DNA of 64,000 bases. Source: Escherichia coli. Lineage in GTDB: Bacteria; Pseudomonadota; Gammaproteobacteria; Enterobacterales; Enterobacteriaceae. Position 1 is the stretch's first letter. The number at the start of each line of letters is the position of its first letter. The DNA is taken from the NCBI RefSeq assembly GCF_016903815.1, contig NZ_CP069973.1. One strand, given 5' to 3'. Shown one piece after another: positions 25,229 through 39,238 of the stretch. The position numbers and the translations under genes were made by a program. The notes under the pieces were generated by a model. The model saw only the letters and a program-made list of their open reading frames with translations, was not told where the DNA came from and searched no databases.

Positions 25229-25362
25229 CACGGAACAGGTGCAAAATCGGCGTATTTTGATTACACTCCTGTTAATCCATACAGCAACAGTACTGGGGTA
25301 ACCTGGTACTGTTGTCCGTTTTAGCATCGGGCAGGAAAAGCCTGTAACCTGGAGAGCCTTTC

Positions 25363-28300
25363 TTGAGCCAGGAATACACTGAAGACAAAGAAGTCACATT
25401 GACAAAGTTAAGTAGCGGCCGCCGCCTTCTGGAGGCGTTGCTGATCCTTATTGTCCTGTTTGCCGTCTGGTTGATGGCTGCCTTACTAAGCTTTAACCCT
25501 TCGGACCCCAGCTGGTCGCAAACGGCCTGGCATGAACCTATCCATAATTTAGGTGGGATGCCCGGTGCATGGCTGGCAGATACGCTGTTCTTTATTTTTG
25601 GCGTGATGGCTTACACCATTCCCGTCATTATTGTCGGCGGTTGTTGGTTTGCCTGGCGTCATCAGTCCAGCGACGAATACATTGATTATTTTGCCGTTTC
25701 GCTACGCATCATTGGCGTTTTGGCGCTCATCCTTACCTCCTGTGGTCTGGCGGCAATCAACGCTGACGATATCTGGTATTTTGCCTCCGGTGGCGTCATT
25801 GGCAGCTTACTAAGCACTACGCTACAACCACTGCTACACAGTAGCGGGGGAACTATTGCGCTGCTCTGCGTTTGGGCTGCGGGTCTGACGCTGTTCACCG
25901 GTTGGTCATGGGTGACCATTGCTGAAAAACTCGGCGGCTGGATTTTAAATATTCTCACCTTCGCCAGTAATCGTACCCGTCGCGATGATACCTGGGTCGA
26001 TGAAGATGAGTATGAAGACGACGAAGAGTATGAAGATGAAAATCACGGCAAACAGCATGAATCACGCCGTGCCCGTATTCTTCGCGGCGCGCTAGCGCGT
26101 CGTAAACGGTTGGCGGAAAAATTCATTAATCCGATGGGGCGGCAAACAGATGCTGCGTTGTTCTCCGGTAAGCGGATGGATGATGAAGAAGAGATTACCT
26201 ACACTGCACGCGGTGTGGCTGCCGACCCTGACGACGTCCTCTTTTCGGGCAATCGTGCAACGCAGCCAGAATATGACGAATACGATCCATTATTAAACGG
26301 TGCGCCAATTACCGAACCTGTTGCTGTAGCAGCTGCTGCTACCACTGCGACACAAAGCTGGGCTGCGCCGGTTGAACCTGTGACTCAGACGCCGCCTGTT
26401 GCCTCTGTTGATGTTCCACCTGCACAACCTACAGTAGCCTGGCAGCCTGTACCGGGGCCACAAACGGGAGAGCCGGTTATTGCTCCTGCACCGGAAGGTT
26501 ATCCACAGCAGCTACAATATGCGCAGCCTGCAGTGCAATATAATGAGCCGCTGCAACAACCTGTACAGCCACAGCAGCCGTATTATGCGCCAGCAGCGGA
26601 ACAACCTGTGCAACAACCTTACTACGCTCCTGCGGCGGAACAACCTGTTCAGCAGCCGTATTACGCAACTGCGGCGGAACAGTCTGCGCAACAGCCGTAT
26701 TACGCCCCTGCGCCAGAACAATCGGCGGCAGGTAACGCCTGGCAAGCCGAAGAGCAGCAATCCACTTTTGCTCCACAGTCTACATACCAGACTGAGCAAA
26801 CTTATCAGCAGCCAGCCGCTCAGGAGCCGTTGTACCAACAGCCGCAACCCGTTGAACAGCAGCCTGTTGTGGAGCCTGAACCCGTTGTAGAAGAAACAAA
26901 ACCCGCGCGTCCGCCGCTTTACTATTTTGAAGAAGTGGAAGAGAAGCGTGCCCGTGAACGTGAACAACTTGCGGCCTGGTATCAACCGATTCCTGAACCG
27001 GTTAAAGAACCAGAACCGATCAAATCTTCGCTGAAAGCACCTTCTGTTGCAGCAGTACCTCCAGTGGAAGCCGCTGCCGCTGTTTCCCCTCTGGCATCTG
27101 GCGTGAAAAAAGCGACACTGGCGACGGGGGCTGCCGCAACCGTTGCCGCGCCAGTCTTCAGTCTGGCAAATAGCGCTGGACCGCGTCCGCAGGTCAAAGA
27201 GGGGATTGGCCCGCAGTTGCCACGACCGAAACGTATCCGCGTGCCAACTCGTCGTGAACTGGCGTCTTACGGTATTAAGCTGCCCTCACAGCGTGCGGCA
27301 GAAGAAAAAGCCCGTGAAGCCCAGCGCAATCAGTACGATTCCGGCGATCATTATAACGATGATGAAATCGATGCGATGCAGCAGGATGAACTGGCACGTC
27401 AGTTCGCCCAGACACAGCAGCAACGCTATGGCGAACAGTATCAACATGATGTGCCCGCGAACGCAGAAGATGCAGATGCTGCGGCAGAGGCTGAACTGGC
27501 TCGTCAGTTTGCTCAAACTCAACAACAACGTTATTCCGGCGAACAACCGGCTGGGGCGAATCCGTTCACGCTGGATGATTTTGAATTTTCGCCAATGAAA
27601 GCGTTGCTGGATGATGGTCCACACGAACCGCTGTTTACGCCAATTGTTGAACCTGTACAGCAGCCGCAACAACCGATTGCACCGCAGCAACAGTATCAGC
27701 AGCCGCAGCAACCAGTTGCGCCGCAGCCGCAGTATCAGCAGCCGCAACAGCCGGTTGCACCGCAGCAGCAATATCAGCAGCCACAACAACCGGTTGCGCC
27801 GCAGCAGCAATATCAGCAGCCGCAACAGCCGGTTGCACAGCAGCCGCAATATCAGCAGCCGCAACAGCCAGTTGCGCCGCAGCCGCATGATACCCTGCTT
27901 CATCCGCTGTTGATGCGCAATGGTGACAGCCGTCCGTTGCATAAACCGACGACGCCGCTGCCTTCTCTGGATTTGCTGACACCGCCGCCGAGCGAAGTGG
28001 AGCCGGTAGATACCTTTGCGCTTGAACAAATGGCGCGTCTGGTGGAAGCGCGTCTGGCTGATTTCCGTATTAAAGCCGATGTCGTCAATTACTCTCCGGG
28101 GCCGGTTATCACTCGCTTTGAACTTAACCTGGCACCGGGCGTAAAAGCGGCGCGCATTTCTAACTTGTCACGGGACCTTGCCCGTTCACTTTCGACGGTG
28201 GCGGTGCGTGTCGTTGAAGTTATTCCTGGCAAACCCTATGTAGGTCTGGAGTTACCGAATAAAAAACGACAAACCGTTTATCTGCGCGAAGTATTGGATA

Positions 28301-29430
28301 ACGCCAAATTCCGCGATAATCCGTCGCCATTAACCGTGGTGCTGGGTAAAGATATCGCCGGTGAGCCGGTGGTTGCCGATCTGGCGAAAATGCCGCACTT
28401 GTTGGTTGCGGGGACTACCGGTTCCGGTAAGTCTGTCGGGGTGAACGCGATGATCCTGAGCATGCTTTATAAAGCACAGCCAGAAGATGTGCGTTTCATC
28501 ATGATCGACCCGAAAATGCTGGAGCTTTCGGTTTATGAAGGCATTCCGCATCTGTTAACGGAAGTCGTTACCGACATGAAAGATGCTGCCAACGCTTTGC
28601 GCTGGTGCGTAAATGAAATGGAACGTCGTTATAAGCTGATGTCCGCCCTAGGTGTGCGTAATCTGGCGGGTTATAACGAAAAAATTGCTGAAGCCGATCG
28701 CATGATGCGTCCGATTCCAGACCCGTACTGGAAGCCGGGTGACAGTATGGATGCCCAGCATCCGGTGCTGAAAAAAGAACCGTACATTGTGGTGTTGGTG
28801 GACGAATTTGCCGACCTGATGATGACGGTAGGTAAAAAAGTGGAAGAGCTTATAGCACGTCTGGCGCAAAAAGCCCGTGCCGCGGGTATCCACCTCGTAC
28901 TGGCAACGCAGCGTCCATCGGTTGATGTTATTACTGGTCTGATTAAAGCGAATATTCCGACCCGTATCGCCTTTACCGTATCCAGTAAGATTGACTCACG
29001 TACCATTCTTGATCAGGCTGGTGCGGAATCACTGCTGGGTATGGGGGATATGCTCTACTCTGGGCCGAACTCCACGTTGCCGGTACGTGTCCATGGTGCT
29101 TTTGTTCGCGATCAGGAAGTTCATGCCGTGGTGCAGGACTGGAAAGCGCGTGGTCGCCCACAGTATGTTGATGGCATCACCTCCGACAGCGAAAGCGAAG
29201 GTGGCGCGGGCGGTTTCGATGGCGCTGAAGAGCTGGATCCGTTGTTCGATCAGGCGGTGCAGTTTGTCACTGAAAAACGCAAAGCATCAATTTCTGGCGT
29301 ACAGCGTCAGTTCCGCATTGGTTATAACCGTGCAGCGCGTATTATCGAACAGATGGAAGCGCAGGGGATTGTCAGCGAACAGGGGCACAACGGTAATCGT
29401 GAAGTGCTGGCCCCACCGCCGTTTGACTAA
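25363..29430 (+). CDS. ftsK: DNA translocase FtsK (TTG start)
   Basis: 1355-aa ORF starting at TTG ([25 protein letters not shown]); N-terminal TM domain; long Pro/Gln-rich repeat linker; C-terminal motor with Walker A GTTGSGKS. Confidence 0.95.
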   Translation: MSQEYTEDKEVTLTKLSSGRRLLEALLILIVLFAVWLMAALLSFNPSDPSWSQTAWHEPIHNLGGMPGAWLADTLFFIFGVMAYTIPVIIVGGCWFAWRHQSSDEYIDYFAVSLRIIGVLALILTSCGLAAINADDIWYFASGGVIGSLLSTTLQPLLHSSGGTIALLCVWAAGLTLFTGWSWVTIAEKLGGWILNILTFASNRTRRDDTWVDEDEYEDDEEYEDENHGKQHESRRARILRGALARRKRLAEKFINPMGRQTDAALFSGKRMDDEEEITYTARGVAADPDDVLFSGNRATQPEYDEYDPLLNGAPITEPVAVAAAATTATQSWAAPVEPVTQTPPVASVDVPPAQPTVAWQPVPGPQTGEPVIAPAPEGYPQQLQYAQPAVQYNEPLQQPVQPQQPYYAPAAEQPVQQPYYAPAAEQPVQQPYYATAAEQSAQQPYYAPAPEQSAAGNAWQAEEQQSTFAPQSTYQTEQTYQQPAAQEPLYQQPQPVEQQPVVEPEPVVEETKPARPPLYYFEEVEEKRAREREQLAAWYQPIPEPVKEPEPIKSSLKAPSVAAVPPVEAAAAVSPLASGVKKATLATGAAATVAAPVFSLANSAGPRPQVKEGIGPQLPRPKRIRVPTRRELASYGIKLPSQRAAEEKAREAQRNQYDSGDHYNDDEIDAMQQDELARQFAQTQQQRYGEQYQHDVPANAEDADAAAEAELARQFAQTQQQRYSGEQPAGANPFTLDDFEFSPMKALLDDGPHEPLFTPIVEPVQQPQQPIAPQQQYQQPQQPVAPQPQYQQPQQPVAPQQQYQQPQQPVAPQQQYQQPQQPVAQQPQYQQPQQPVAPQPHDTLLHPLLMRNGDSRPLHKPTTPLPSLDLLTPPPSEVEPVDTFALEQMARLVEARLADFRIKADVVNYSPGPVITRFELNLAPGVKAARISNLSRDLARSLSTVAVRVVEVIPGKPYVGLELPNKKRQTVYLREVLDNAKFRDNPSPLTVVLGKDIAGEPVVADLAKMPHLLVAGTTGSGKSVGVNAMILSMLYKAQPEDVRFIMIDPKMLELSVYEGIPHLLTEVVTDMKDAANALRWCVNEMERRYKLMSALGVRNLAGYNEKIAEADRMMRPIPDPYWKPGDSMDAQHPVLKKEPYIVVLVDEFADLMMTVGKKVEELIARLAQKARAAGIHLVLATQRPSVDVITGLIKANIPTRIAFTVSSKIDSRTILDQAGAESLLGMGDMLYSGPNSTLPVRVHGAFVRDQEVHAVVQDWKARGRPQYVDGITSDSESEGGAGGFDGAEELDPLFDQAVQFVTEKRKASISGVQRQFRIGYNRAARIIEQMEAQGIVSEQGHNGNREVLAPPPFD

Positions 29431-29437
29431 TTAATGC

Positions 29438-29478
29438 ATCGTAGGCCGGATAAGGCTCGGTAGCGTCGCATCCGGCAC
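29438..29478. repeat. REP (repetitive extragenic palindromic) element downstream of ftsK
   Basis: gtaggccggataaggc...gcatccggca, matching the REP consensus in inverted orientation. Confidence 0.7.
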
Positions 29479-29588
29479 TCTAACAACTGAAAATTCAGTA
29501 TTTTCTTCTTTCCTCAAGCTGATTATTAGCCTGGAATAGAGAGTAGAGGGAACTCCCGATCGGGAGTGACGTAATTTGAGGAATAATG

Positions 29589-30200
29589 ATGAAAAAAATT
29601 GCCATCACCTGTGCATTACTCTCAAGCTTAGTAGCAAGCAGCGTTTGGGCTGATGCCGCAAGCGATCTTAAAAGCCGCCTGGATAAAGTCAGCAGCTTCC
29701 ACGCCAGCTTCACACAAAAAGTGACTGACGGTAGCGGCGCGGCGGTGCAGGAAGGCCAGGGCGATCTGTGGGTGAAACGTCCAAACTTATTCAACTGGCA
29801 TATGACTCAACCTGATGAAAGCATTCTGGTTTCTGACGGTAAAACACTGTGGTTCTATAACCCGTTCGTTGAGCAAGCTACGGCAACCTGGCTGAAAGAT
29901 GCCACCGGTAATACGCCGTTTATGCTGATTGCCCGCAACCAGTCCAGCGACTGGCAGCAGTACAATATCAAACAGAATGGCGATGACTTTGTCCTGACGC
30001 CGAAAGCCAGCAATGGCAATCTGAAGCAGTTCACCATTAACGTGGGACGTGATGGCACAATCCATCAGTTTAGCGCGGTGGAGCAGGACGATCAGCGCAG
30101 CAGTTATCAGCTGAAATCCCAGCAAAATGGGACTGTGGATGCAGCGAAATTTACCTTCACCCCGCCGCAAGGCGTAACGGTAGATGATCAACGTAAGTAG
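29589..30200 (+). CDS. lolA: outer-membrane lipoprotein carrier LolA
   Basis: 203 aa from [21 protein letters not shown] (signal peptide). Confidence 0.95.
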   Translation: MKKIAITCALLSSLVASSVWADAASDLKSRLDKVSSFHASFTQKVTDGSGAAVQEGQGDLWVKRPNLFNWHMTQPDESILVSDGKTLWFYNPFVEQATATWLKDATGNTPFMLIARNQSSDWQQYNIKQNGDDFVLTPKASNGNLKQFTINVGRDGTIHQFSAVEQDDQRSSYQLKSQQNGTVDAAKFTFTPPQGVTVDDQRK

Positions 30201-30210
30201 AGGCACCTGA

Positions 30211-31554
30211 GTGAGCAATCTGTCGCTCGATTTTTCGGATAATACTTTTCAACCTCTGGCCGCGCGTATGCGGCCAGAAAATTTAGCACAGTATATCGGC
30301 CAGCAACATTTGTTGGCTGCGGGGAAGCCGTTGCCGCGTGCTATCGAAGCCGGGCATTTGCATTCTATGATCCTCTGGGGGCCACCGGGTACCGGCAAAA
30401 CAACCCTCGCTGAAGTGATTGCCCGCTATGCGAACGCTGATGTGGAACGTATTTCTGCCGTTACTTCTGGCGTGAAAGAGATTCGCGAGGCGATCGAGCG
30501 CGCTCGGCAAAACCGCAATGCTGGTCGCCGCACTATTCTTTTTGTTGACGAAGTTCACCGATTCAACAAAAGCCAGCAGGATGCATTTCTGCCACATATT
30601 GAAGACGGCACCATCACTTTTATTGGCGCAACCACTGAAAACCCGTCGTTTGAACTTAACTCGGCACTGCTTTCCCGTGCCCGTGTCTATCTGCTGAAAT
30701 CCCTGAGTACAGAGGATATTGAGCAGGTGCTTACTCAGGCGATGGAAGACAAAACCCGTGGCTATGGTGGTCAGGATATAGTTCTGCCAGATGAAACGCG
30801 ACGCGCCATTGCTGAACTGGTGAATGGCGACGCGCGCCGGGCGTTAAATACGCTGGAAATGATGGCGGATATGGCCGAAGTCGATGATAGCGGTAAGCGG
30901 GTCCTGAAGCCTGAATTACTGACCGAAATCGCCGGTGAACGTAGCGCCCGCTTTGATAACAAAGGCGATCGCTTTTACGATCTCATTTCCGCACTGCATA
31001 AGTCGGTACGTGGTAGCGCACCCGATGCGGCGCTGTACTGGTATGCGCGAATTATTACTGCCGGTGGCGATCCGTTATATGTCGCGCGTCGCTGTCTGGC
31101 GATAGCGTCGGAAGATGTGGGTAATGCTGATCCACGAGCGATGCAGGTGGCAATTGCGGCCTGGGATTGCTTTACCCGAGTTGGCCCGGCGGAAGGAGAA
31201 CGCGCCATTGCTCAGGCGATTGTTTACCTGGCCTGCGCGCCAAAAAGCAACGCTGTCTACACTGCGTTTAAAGCCGCGCTGGCGGATGCTCGCGAACGTC
31301 CGGATTATGACGTGCCGGTTCATTTGCGTAATGCGCCGACGAAATTAATGAAGGAAATGGGCTACGGGCAGGAATATCGTTACGCTCATGATGAAGCAAA
31401 CGCTTATGCTGCCGGTGAGGTTTACTTCCCGCCGGAAATAGCACAAACACGCTATTATTTCCCGACAAACAGGGGCCTTGAAGGCAAGATTGGCGAAAAG
31501 CTCGCCTGGCTGGCTGAACAGGATCAAAATAGCCCCATAAAACGCTACCGTTAA
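30211..31554 (+). CDS. rarA: replication-associated recombination protein A (AAA+ ATPase, MgsA/YcaJ)
   Basis: 447 aa; Walker [10 protein letters not shown]; synteny lolA-rarA-serS. Confidence 0.93.
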
Positions 31555-31623
31555 TGTTATCGTTGCGGTAATGTTGTTACTGTATCCCTGTGGTCGCAGG
31601 CTGTGGCCACATCTCCCATTTAA

Positions 31624-32937
<1,314 letters not shown>

Positions 32938-32957
32938 TACCCAATTTTTCTGAATCT

Positions 32958-32985
32958 AAAAAGCGCCTGCGGGCGCTTTTTTTGT
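32958..32985 (+). terminator. serS rho-independent terminator
   Basis: aaaaagcgcctgcgggcgctttttttg: GC hairpin followed by a T-run. Confidence 0.7.
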
Positions 32986-33175
32986 CTCCCTTTGATACCG
33001 AACAATAATTACTCCTCACTTACACGTAATACTACTTTCGAGTGAAAATCTACCTATCTCTTTGATTTTCAAATTATTCGATGTATACAAGCCTATATAG
33101 CGACCTGCTATAGAAATAATTACACAATACGGTTTGTTACTGGAATCAATCGTGAGCAAGCTTGAGTGAGCCATT

Positions 33176-35620
33176 ATGAAAACGAAAATCCCTGATGCGG
33201 TATTGGCTGCTGAGGTGAGTCGCCGTGGTTTGGTAAAAACGACAGCGATCGGCGGCCTGGCAATGGCCAGCAGCGCGTTAACATTACCTTTTAGTCGGAT
33301 TGCGCACGCTGTCGATAGCGCCATTCCAACAAAATCAGACGAAAAGGTTATCTGGAGCGCCTGTACAGTTAACTGTGGTAGTCGCTGCCCGCTACGTATG
33401 CACGTCGTGGACGGTGAAATCAAATATGTTGAAACGGATAATACTGGCGATGACAACTATGACGGCCTGCACCAGGTGCGCGCCTGTCTGCGTGGTCGTT
33501 CCATGCGTCGCCGTGTCTACAATCCGGACCGCCTGAAATATCCGATGAAACGAGTCGGGGCGCGCGGTGAAGGCAAATTCGAGCGCATTAGCTGGGAAGA
33601 AGCCTACGACATCATCGCGACCAATATGCAGCGCCTGATCAAAGAGTACGGCAACGAATCCATCTATCTGAACTATGGCACCGGTACGCTGGGTGGCACC
33701 ATGACCCGCTCCTGGCCGCCGGGAAATACCCTGGTCGCTCGCCTGATGAACTGCTGCGGCGGTTATCTGAACCATTACGGTGACTACTCTTCCGCGCAAA
33801 TTGCGGAAGGTTTGAACTATACCTACGGCGGCTGGGCAGATGGTAACAGCCCGTCGGATATCGAAAACAGTAAACTGGTAGTGCTGTTTGGTAATAACCC
33901 TGGCGAAACGCGAATGAGTGGCGGTGGGGTGACTTACTATCTTGAACAGGCGCGTCAGAAATCTAATGCTCGCATGATCATCATCGATCCGCGCTATACC
34001 GACACCGGAGCCGGGCGCGAAGATGAGTGGATCCCTATTCGTCCGGGAACAGATGCCGCACTGGTTAACGGTCTGGCGTATGTCATGATCACCGAAAACC
34101 TGGTGGATCAGGCATTCCTCGATAAATATTGCGTTGGCTACGACGAGAAAACACTGCCTGCCAGTGCGCCGAAAAATGGTCACTATAAAGCTTATATTCT
34201 GGGTGAAGGGCCAGATGGCGTAGCTAAAACGCCGGAATGGGCCTCGCAAATCACCGGTGTTCCGGCAGACAAAATCATCAAATTGGCTCGTGAAATCGGT
34301 AGTACCAAACCGGCGTTTATCAGCCAGGGATGGGGCCCGCAGCGTCACGCTAACGGTGAAATCGCAACCCGTGCTATCTCGATGCTGGCGATTCTGACCG
34401 GTAACGTTGGTATTAATGGAGGGAACAGCGGCGCGCGTGAAGGTTCATACAGCTTACCGTTTGTGCGTATGCCGACCCTCGAAAACCCGATCCAGACCAG
34501 CATTTCTATGTTTATGTGGACCGATGCCATTGAACGTGGCCCGGAAATGACAGCGCTGCGTGATGGTGTGCGCGGGAAAGATAAGCTGGATGTGCCGATC
34601 AAAATGATCTGGAACTATGCCGGTAACTGCCTGATTAACCAGCATTCTGAAATCAACCGTACCCATGAAATCCTTCAGGATGATAAGAAGTGCGAGCTGA
34701 TTGTGGTTATCGACTGCCACATGACCTCATCGGCGAAATATGCTGACATCCTGCTGCCTGACTGCACCGCTTCCGAACAGATGGACTTTGCACTGGATGC
34801 ATCCTGCGGGAATATGTCTTACGTGATTTTCAACGATCAGGTGATTAAACCGCGCTTTGAATGTAAGACCATCTATGAAATGACCAGCGAACTGGCAAAA
34901 CGTCTTGGCGTTGAGCAACAGTTTACTGAAGGCCGTACCCAGGAAGAGTGGATGCGGCATCTGTATGCCCAGTCGCGGGAAGCGATTCCTGAACTGCCAA
35001 CGTTTGAAGAGTTCCGCAAGCAGGGGATCTTTAAAAAGCGCGACCCACAAGGGCATCACGTTGCTTATAAAGCCTTCCGTGAAGATCCGCAGGCAAATCC
35101 ACTGACCACGCCATCGGGTAAAATTGAGATTTATTCGCAGGCGCTGGCTGACATTGCCGCTACCTGGGAATTGCCAGAAGGCGATGTGATCGATCCACTG
35201 CCGATCTACACGCCGGGCTTTGAAAGTTATCAGGATCCGCTGAACAAACAGTATCCGCTGCAGCTTACGGGTTTCCACTATAAATCTCGCGTTCACTCAA
35301 CTTACGGCAACGTTGATGTGCTGAAAGCGGCTTGCCGTCAGGAAATGTGGATCAACCCGCTTGATGCCCAAAAACGCGGTATCAACAACGGCGATAAAGT
35401 CAGGATCTTTAACGATCGTGGTGAGGTTCATATTGAGGCGAAAGTGACGCCACGAATGATGCCGGGTGTGGTCGCACTGGGTGAAGGTGCCTGGTATGAC
35501 CCGGATGCAAAACGTGTCGATAAGGGAGGTTGTATCAACGTACTGACCACTCAACGTCCGTCTCCTCTCGCTAAGGGGAATCCGTCACATACAAACCTTG
35601 TTCAGGTTGAAAAGGTGTAA
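33176..35620 (+). CDS. dmsA: DMSO reductase catalytic subunit A (Tat signal, molybdopterin)
   Basis: 814 aa; N-terminal Tat-like signal (SRRGLVKTTAIGGLAMASSALTLPF); molybdopterin oxidoreductase family. Confidence 0.95.
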   Translation: MKTKIPDAVLAAEVSRRGLVKTTAIGGLAMASSALTLPFSRIAHAVDSAIPTKSDEKVIWSACTVNCGSRCPLRMHVVDGEIKYVETDNTGDDNYDGLHQVRACLRGRSMRRRVYNPDRLKYPMKRVGARGEGKFERISWEEAYDIIATNMQRLIKEYGNESIYLNYGTGTLGGTMTRSWPPGNTLVARLMNCCGGYLNHYGDYSSAQIAEGLNYTYGGWADGNSPSDIENSKLVVLFGNNPGETRMSGGGVTYYLEQARQKSNARMIIIDPRYTDTGAGREDEWIPIRPGTDAALVNGLAYVMITENLVDQAFLDKYCVGYDEKTLPASAPKNGHYKAYILGEGPDGVAKTPEWASQITGVPADKIIKLAREIGSTKPAFISQGWGPQRHANGEIATRAISMLAILTGNVGINGGNSGAREGSYSLPFVRMPTLENPIQTSISMFMWTDAIERGPEMTALRDGVRGKDKLDVPIKMIWNYAGNCLINQHSEINRTHEILQDDKKCELIVVIDCHMTSSAKYADILLPDCTASEQMDFALDASCGNMSYVIFNDQVIKPRFECKTIYEMTSELAKRLGVEQQFTEGRTQEEWMRHLYAQSREAIPELPTFEEFRKQGIFKKRDPQGHHVAYKAFREDPQANPLTTPSGKIEIYSQALADIAATWELPEGDVIDPLPIYTPGFESYQDPLNKQYPLQLTGFHYKSRVHSTYGNVDVLKAACRQEMWINPLDAQKRGINNGDKVRIFNDRGEVHIEAKVTPRMMPGVVALGEGAWYDPDAKRVDKGGCINVLTTQRPSPLAKGNPSHTNLVQVEKV

Positions 35621-35630
35621 GGAGTAACCG

Positions 35631-36248
35631 ATGACAACCCAGTATGGATTTTTTATTGATTCCAGCCGTTGCACCGGTTGCAAAACCTGCGAGCTGGCCT
35701 GTAAAGACTATAAAGATCTGACGCCGGAAGTCAGCTTCCGCCGCATTTATGAATATGCTGGTGGCGACTGGCAGGAAGATAACGGTGTCTGGCACCAGAA
35801 CGTGTTTGCCTACTATCTGTCGATTTCGTGCAACCACTGCGAAGATCCGGCTTGTACTAAAGTCTGCCCGAGCGGTGCGATGCATAAACGTGAAGATGGT
35901 TTTGTTGTGGTCGATGAAGATGTGTGCATTGGCTGCCGCTACTGCCATATGGCTTGCCCGTATGGCGCACCGCAATATAACGAAACGAAAGGCCATATGA
36001 CCAAATGCGATGGTTGTTATGACCGTGTTGCGGAGGGTAAAAAGCCGATCTGTGTTGAATCTTGTCCGCTGCGGGCGCTGGATTTCGGCCCTATCGACGA
36101 GCTGCGTAAAAAACATGGCGATCTGGCGGCCGTTGCGCCGTTGCCGCGAGCTCACTTTACCAAACCGAATATTGTGATCAAACCCAATGCCAACAGCCGC
36201 CCGACCGGGGATACCACTGGCTATCTGGCAAACCCGAAGGAGGTGTGA
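35631..36248 (+). CDS. dmsB: DMSO reductase iron-sulfur subunit B
   Basis: 205 aa; four Cys clusters of 4Fe-4S ferredoxin type. Confidence 0.95.
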   Translation: MTTQYGFFIDSSRCTGCKTCELACKDYKDLTPEVSFRRIYEYAGGDWQEDNGVWHQNVFAYYLSISCNHCEDPACTKVCPSGAMHKREDGFVVVDEDVCIGCRYCHMACPYGAPQYNETKGHMTKCDGCYDRVAEGKKPICVESCPLRALDFGPIDELRKKHGDLAAVAPLPRAHFTKPNIVIKPNANSRPTGDTTGYLANPKEV

Positions 36249-36249
36249 G

Positions 36250-37113
36250 ATGGGAAGTGGATGGCATGAATGGCCGCTGATGATCTTCACGGTCTTCGGG
36301 CAATGTGTAGCGGGTGGTTTTATCGTTCTGGCTTTGGCGCTGCTCAAAGGCGACCTGCGAGCAGAAGCCCAGCAGCGTGTTATTGCCTGCATGTTTGGTT
36401 TATGGGTGCTGATGGGCATTGGCTTTATCGCCTCTATGCTTCATCTTGGTTCACCGATGCGCGCCTTTAACTCGCTCAACCGGGTAGGGGCTTCAGCACT
36501 CAGTAACGAAATCGCCAGCGGTTCGATCTTTTTTGCTGTTGGTGGCATCGGCTGGTTGCTGGCAATGCTGAAAAAGCTGTCACCGGCATTGCGTACGCTC
36601 TGGCTGATAGTGACGATGGTTCTTGGCGTCATCTTTGTCTGGATGATGGTGCGTGTGTATAACAGCATTGATACCGTTCCGACCTGGTACAGCATCTGGA
36701 CGCCGATGGGCTTCTTCCTGACGATGTTTATGGGCGGCCCGTTACTGGGTTACCTGTTGCTGAGTCTGGCTGGCGTCGATGGCTGGGCGATGCGTCTGCT
36801 GCCAGCCATTTCTGTACTGGCACTGGTAGTGAGTGGCGTGATGTCAGTGATGCAGGGCGCAGAGCTGGCGACTATTCATAGTTCTGTGCAGCAGGCCGCA
36901 GCGCTGGTGCCGGACTATGGTGCGCTGATGTCCTGGCGGATCGTGCTTTTGGCTGTTGCCCTGTGTTTGTGGATTGCACCACAGCTAAAAGGTTATCAGC
37001 CTGCGGTTCCGCTACTATCCGTCTCATTCATTCTGCTTCTGGCAGGAGAATTAATCGGCCGCGGCGTATTCTATGGTTTGCATATGACCGTGGGGATGGC
37101 CGTCGCAAGCTAA
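36250..37113 (+). CDS. dmsC: DMSO reductase membrane anchor subunit C
   Basis: 287 aa from MGSGWHEWPLMIFTVF; polytopic membrane protein; start 2 bp after dmsB stop. Confidence 0.92.
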   Translation: MGSGWHEWPLMIFTVFGQCVAGGFIVLALALLKGDLRAEAQQRVIACMFGLWVLMGIGFIASMLHLGSPMRAFNSLNRVGASALSNEIASGSIFFAVGGIGWLLAMLKKLSPALRTLWLIVTMVLGVIFVWMMVRVYNSIDTVPTWYSIWTPMGFFLTMFMGGPLLGYLLLSLAGVDGWAMRLLPAISVLALVVSGVMSVMQGAELATIHSSVQQAAALVPDYGALMSWRIVLLAVALCLWIAPQLKGYQPAVPLLSVSFILLLAGELIGRGVFYGLHMTVGMAVAS

Positions 37114-37117
37114 TCAG

Positions 37118-37150
37118 TAACAACCGGGGTTTCGACCCCGGTTCTCTTTT
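37118..37150. terminator. bidirectional terminator between dmsC and ycaC
   Basis: Hairpin aaccggggtttcgaccccggtt followed by ctcttttatttc. Confidence 0.55.
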
Positions 37151-37775
37151 ATTTCTGCTTCGTTAATGTGTCATAACTGGTCATCAAATTACGATAATCA
37201 GGAATGTGGTTAGAGAACAACGTCGCCAGTCCTTCAATATCATTACGCCAGTCACGGTGCAGCTCGCAAGCCACGCCGAACCATGTCATCAATTGCGCAC
37301 CAGCTTGCGACATGCGATCCCACGCCGAATGCCGGGTAATTTCATTAAAGGTCCCTGATGCATCAGTCACGACAAATACATCAAATCCCTCTTCAATGGC
37401 TGAAAGCGCCGGGAATGCCACGCAAACTTCGGTTACCACACCGGCAATAATTAACTGTTTTTTACCTGTCGCTTTGACAGCTTTTACAAAATCTTCGTTA
37501 TCCCAGGCGTTAATATTTCCCGGGCGAGCAATGTAAGGTGCATCGGGGAACTGTGTTTTCAGTTCTGGAACTAATGGGCCGTTAGGACCGGTTTCAAAAC
37601 TGGTGGTAAGAATAGTAGGTAAGTTGAAATACTTAGCCAGGTCGCCCAGCGCCAGCACGTTATTTTTAAACTTATCGGGTTCGATATCCCGTACAAGGGA
37701 AAGTAAACCAGCCTGGTGATCAACAAGCAAAACGGCAGCATCATTTTTATCAAGACGAACATACGGTTTGGTCAT
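37149..37775 (-). CDS. ycaC: isochorismatase-family hydrolase YcaC
   Basis: 208-aa ORF MTKPYVRLDKNDAAVLLVDHQAGL; cysteine hydrolase fold motif. Confidence 0.9.
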   Translation of the reverse strand: MTKPYVRLDKNDAAVLLVDHQAGLLSLVRDIEPDKFKNNVLALGDLAKYFNLPTILTTSFETGPNGPLVPELKTQFPDAPYIARPGNINAWDNEDFVKAVKATGKKQLIIAGVVTEVCVAFPALSAIEEGFDVFVVTDASGTFNEITRHSAWDRMSQAGAQLMTWFGVACELHRDWRNDIEGLATLFSNHIPDYRNLMTSYDTLTKQK

Positions 37776-38089
37776 CCTCTTCTCCTTTCGAGAGTCAGTG
37801 GTACGTCTGAAATCGGTCAGACGCGATGCATTGCTCTGAAAGCATAGACGGGAAATATGAGTTTGCTGTGACCATGAAATTTTTCGACTGAACGAAGCGT
37901 ATGAAATTTGTATTAGATCAATAAAAACAATCAGATGAGATTAATCGTCTCTCCAGCATTAGCGTTATGAATGAGTAATATAAATCGATAATACCTCCGC
38001 TGCGATATGCGCGTATTTTCACCCATTGACAATGTTTTTGGCGGTGGCATGATGCGCATGAAATTTGAACTTCCTCACGGTTTTAATTC

Positions 38090-39238
38090 ATGTCCACGTA
38101 TACCCGGCCTGTCATGCTTTTGCTGTCTGGCCTGCTTTTGTTGACTCTGGCGATCGCAGTGTTAAATACACTCGTACCGCTTTGGCTCGCCCAGGAACAC
38201 ATGTCCACATGGCAGGTAGGCGTTGTCAGCTCATCCTATTTTACCGGCAACCTGGTCGGTACATTGCTGACAGGGTATGTCATTAAGCGCATTGGCTTTA
38301 ACCGCAGCTATTATCTGGCCTCCTTCATTTTTGCCGCTGGCTGTGCCGGCCTTGGTCTAATGATTGGATTCTGGAGCTGGTTGGCTTGGCGTTTTGTCGC
38401 CGGCGTCGGCTGTGCCATGATTTGGGTGGTTGTTGAGAGCGCGCTGATGTGCAGTGGGACGTCACGTAACCGTGGGCGTTTGCTTGCTGCGTATATGATG
38501 GTTTATTACGTGGGAACGTTTTTAGGCCAGTTACTGGTCAGCAAAGTTTCAACCGAGCTGATGTCCGTATTGCCGTGGGTTACAGGTTTGACGTTGGCAG
38601 GGATCTTACCGTTGTTGTTTACGCGTGTGCTGAATCAGCAGGCTGAAAACCATGATGCGACGTCAATTACGTCAATGCTAAAACTCCGTCAGGCGCGGCT
38701 TGGCGTGAATGGCTGCATTATCTCAGGAATCGTTCTGGGATCTCTATATGGCCTGATGCCGCTGTACCTCAATCACAAAGGGGTGAGCAATGCCAGCATT
38801 GGTTTCTGGATGGCGGTACTGGTCAGTGCGGGTATCCTTGGACAATGGCCGATTGGACGTCTGGCGGATAAGTTTGGTCGACTGCTGGTGTTGCGTGTTC
38901 AGGTCTTTGTCGTCATTCTCGGCAGTATCGCGATGCTTAGCCAGGCGGCGATGGCCCCAGCGTTATTCATCCTCGGTGCCGCTGGCTTTACGCTATATCC
39001 GGTGGCGATGGCATGGGCTTGCGAGAAAGTTGAACATCATCAACTGGTGGCGATGAACCAGGCCTTACTGTTGAGCTATACCGTGGGAAGTCTGCTTGGC
39101 CCGTCATTTACTGCCATGCTAATGCAGAATTTCTCCGATAATTTATTGTTTATCATGATCGCCAGCGTATCGTTTATCTATTTGCTGATGCTGCTTCGCA
39201 ACGCCGGTCATACGCCGAAACCCGTTGCTCACGTGTAA
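38090..39238 (+). CDS. ycaD: MFS transporter YcaD
   Basis: 382-aa polytopic membrane protein; synteny. Confidence 0.9.
   Translation: MSTYTRPVMLLLSGLLLLTLAIAVLNTLVPLWLAQEHMSTWQVGVVSSSYFTGNLVGTLLTGYVIKRIGFNRSYYLASFIFAAGCAGLGLMIGFWSWLAWRFVAGVGCAMIWVVVESALMCSGTSRNRGRLLAAYMMVYYVGTFLGQLLVSKVSTELMSVLPWVTGLTLAGILPLLFTRVLNQQAENHDATSITSMLKLRQARLGVNGCIISGIVLGSLYGLMPLYLNHKGVSNASIGFWMAVLVSAGILGQWPIGRLADKFGRLLVLRVQVFVVILGSIAMLSQAAMAPALFILGAAGFTLYPVAMAWACEKVEHHQLVAMNQALLLSYTVGSLLGPSFTAMLMQNFSDNLLFIMIASVSFIYLLMLLRNAGHTPKPVAHV

Noticed and set aside
25363-25365. Non-ATG (TTG) start of ftsK as an anomaly
   Set aside because: This is a known feature of E. coli ftsK, not novel
26477-28088. Antisense and alternate-frame ORFs inside ftsK (for example 27286-28029 minus, 247 aa; 26512-26985 minus; 27611-27913 plus), rich in R/L/Q repeats
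   Set aside because: They overlap the Pro/Gln-rich repetitive linker of FtsK; low-complexity repeats create long open frames in several phases. The linker length difference from K-12 is ordinary repeat-number polymorphism
33392-36419. Long minus-strand ORFs (33392-34348, 34727-35296, 35571-36419) antisense to dmsA/dmsB
   Set aside because: Embedded opposite highly conserved dmsAB coding sequence; typical spurious antisense frames in GC-balanced genes
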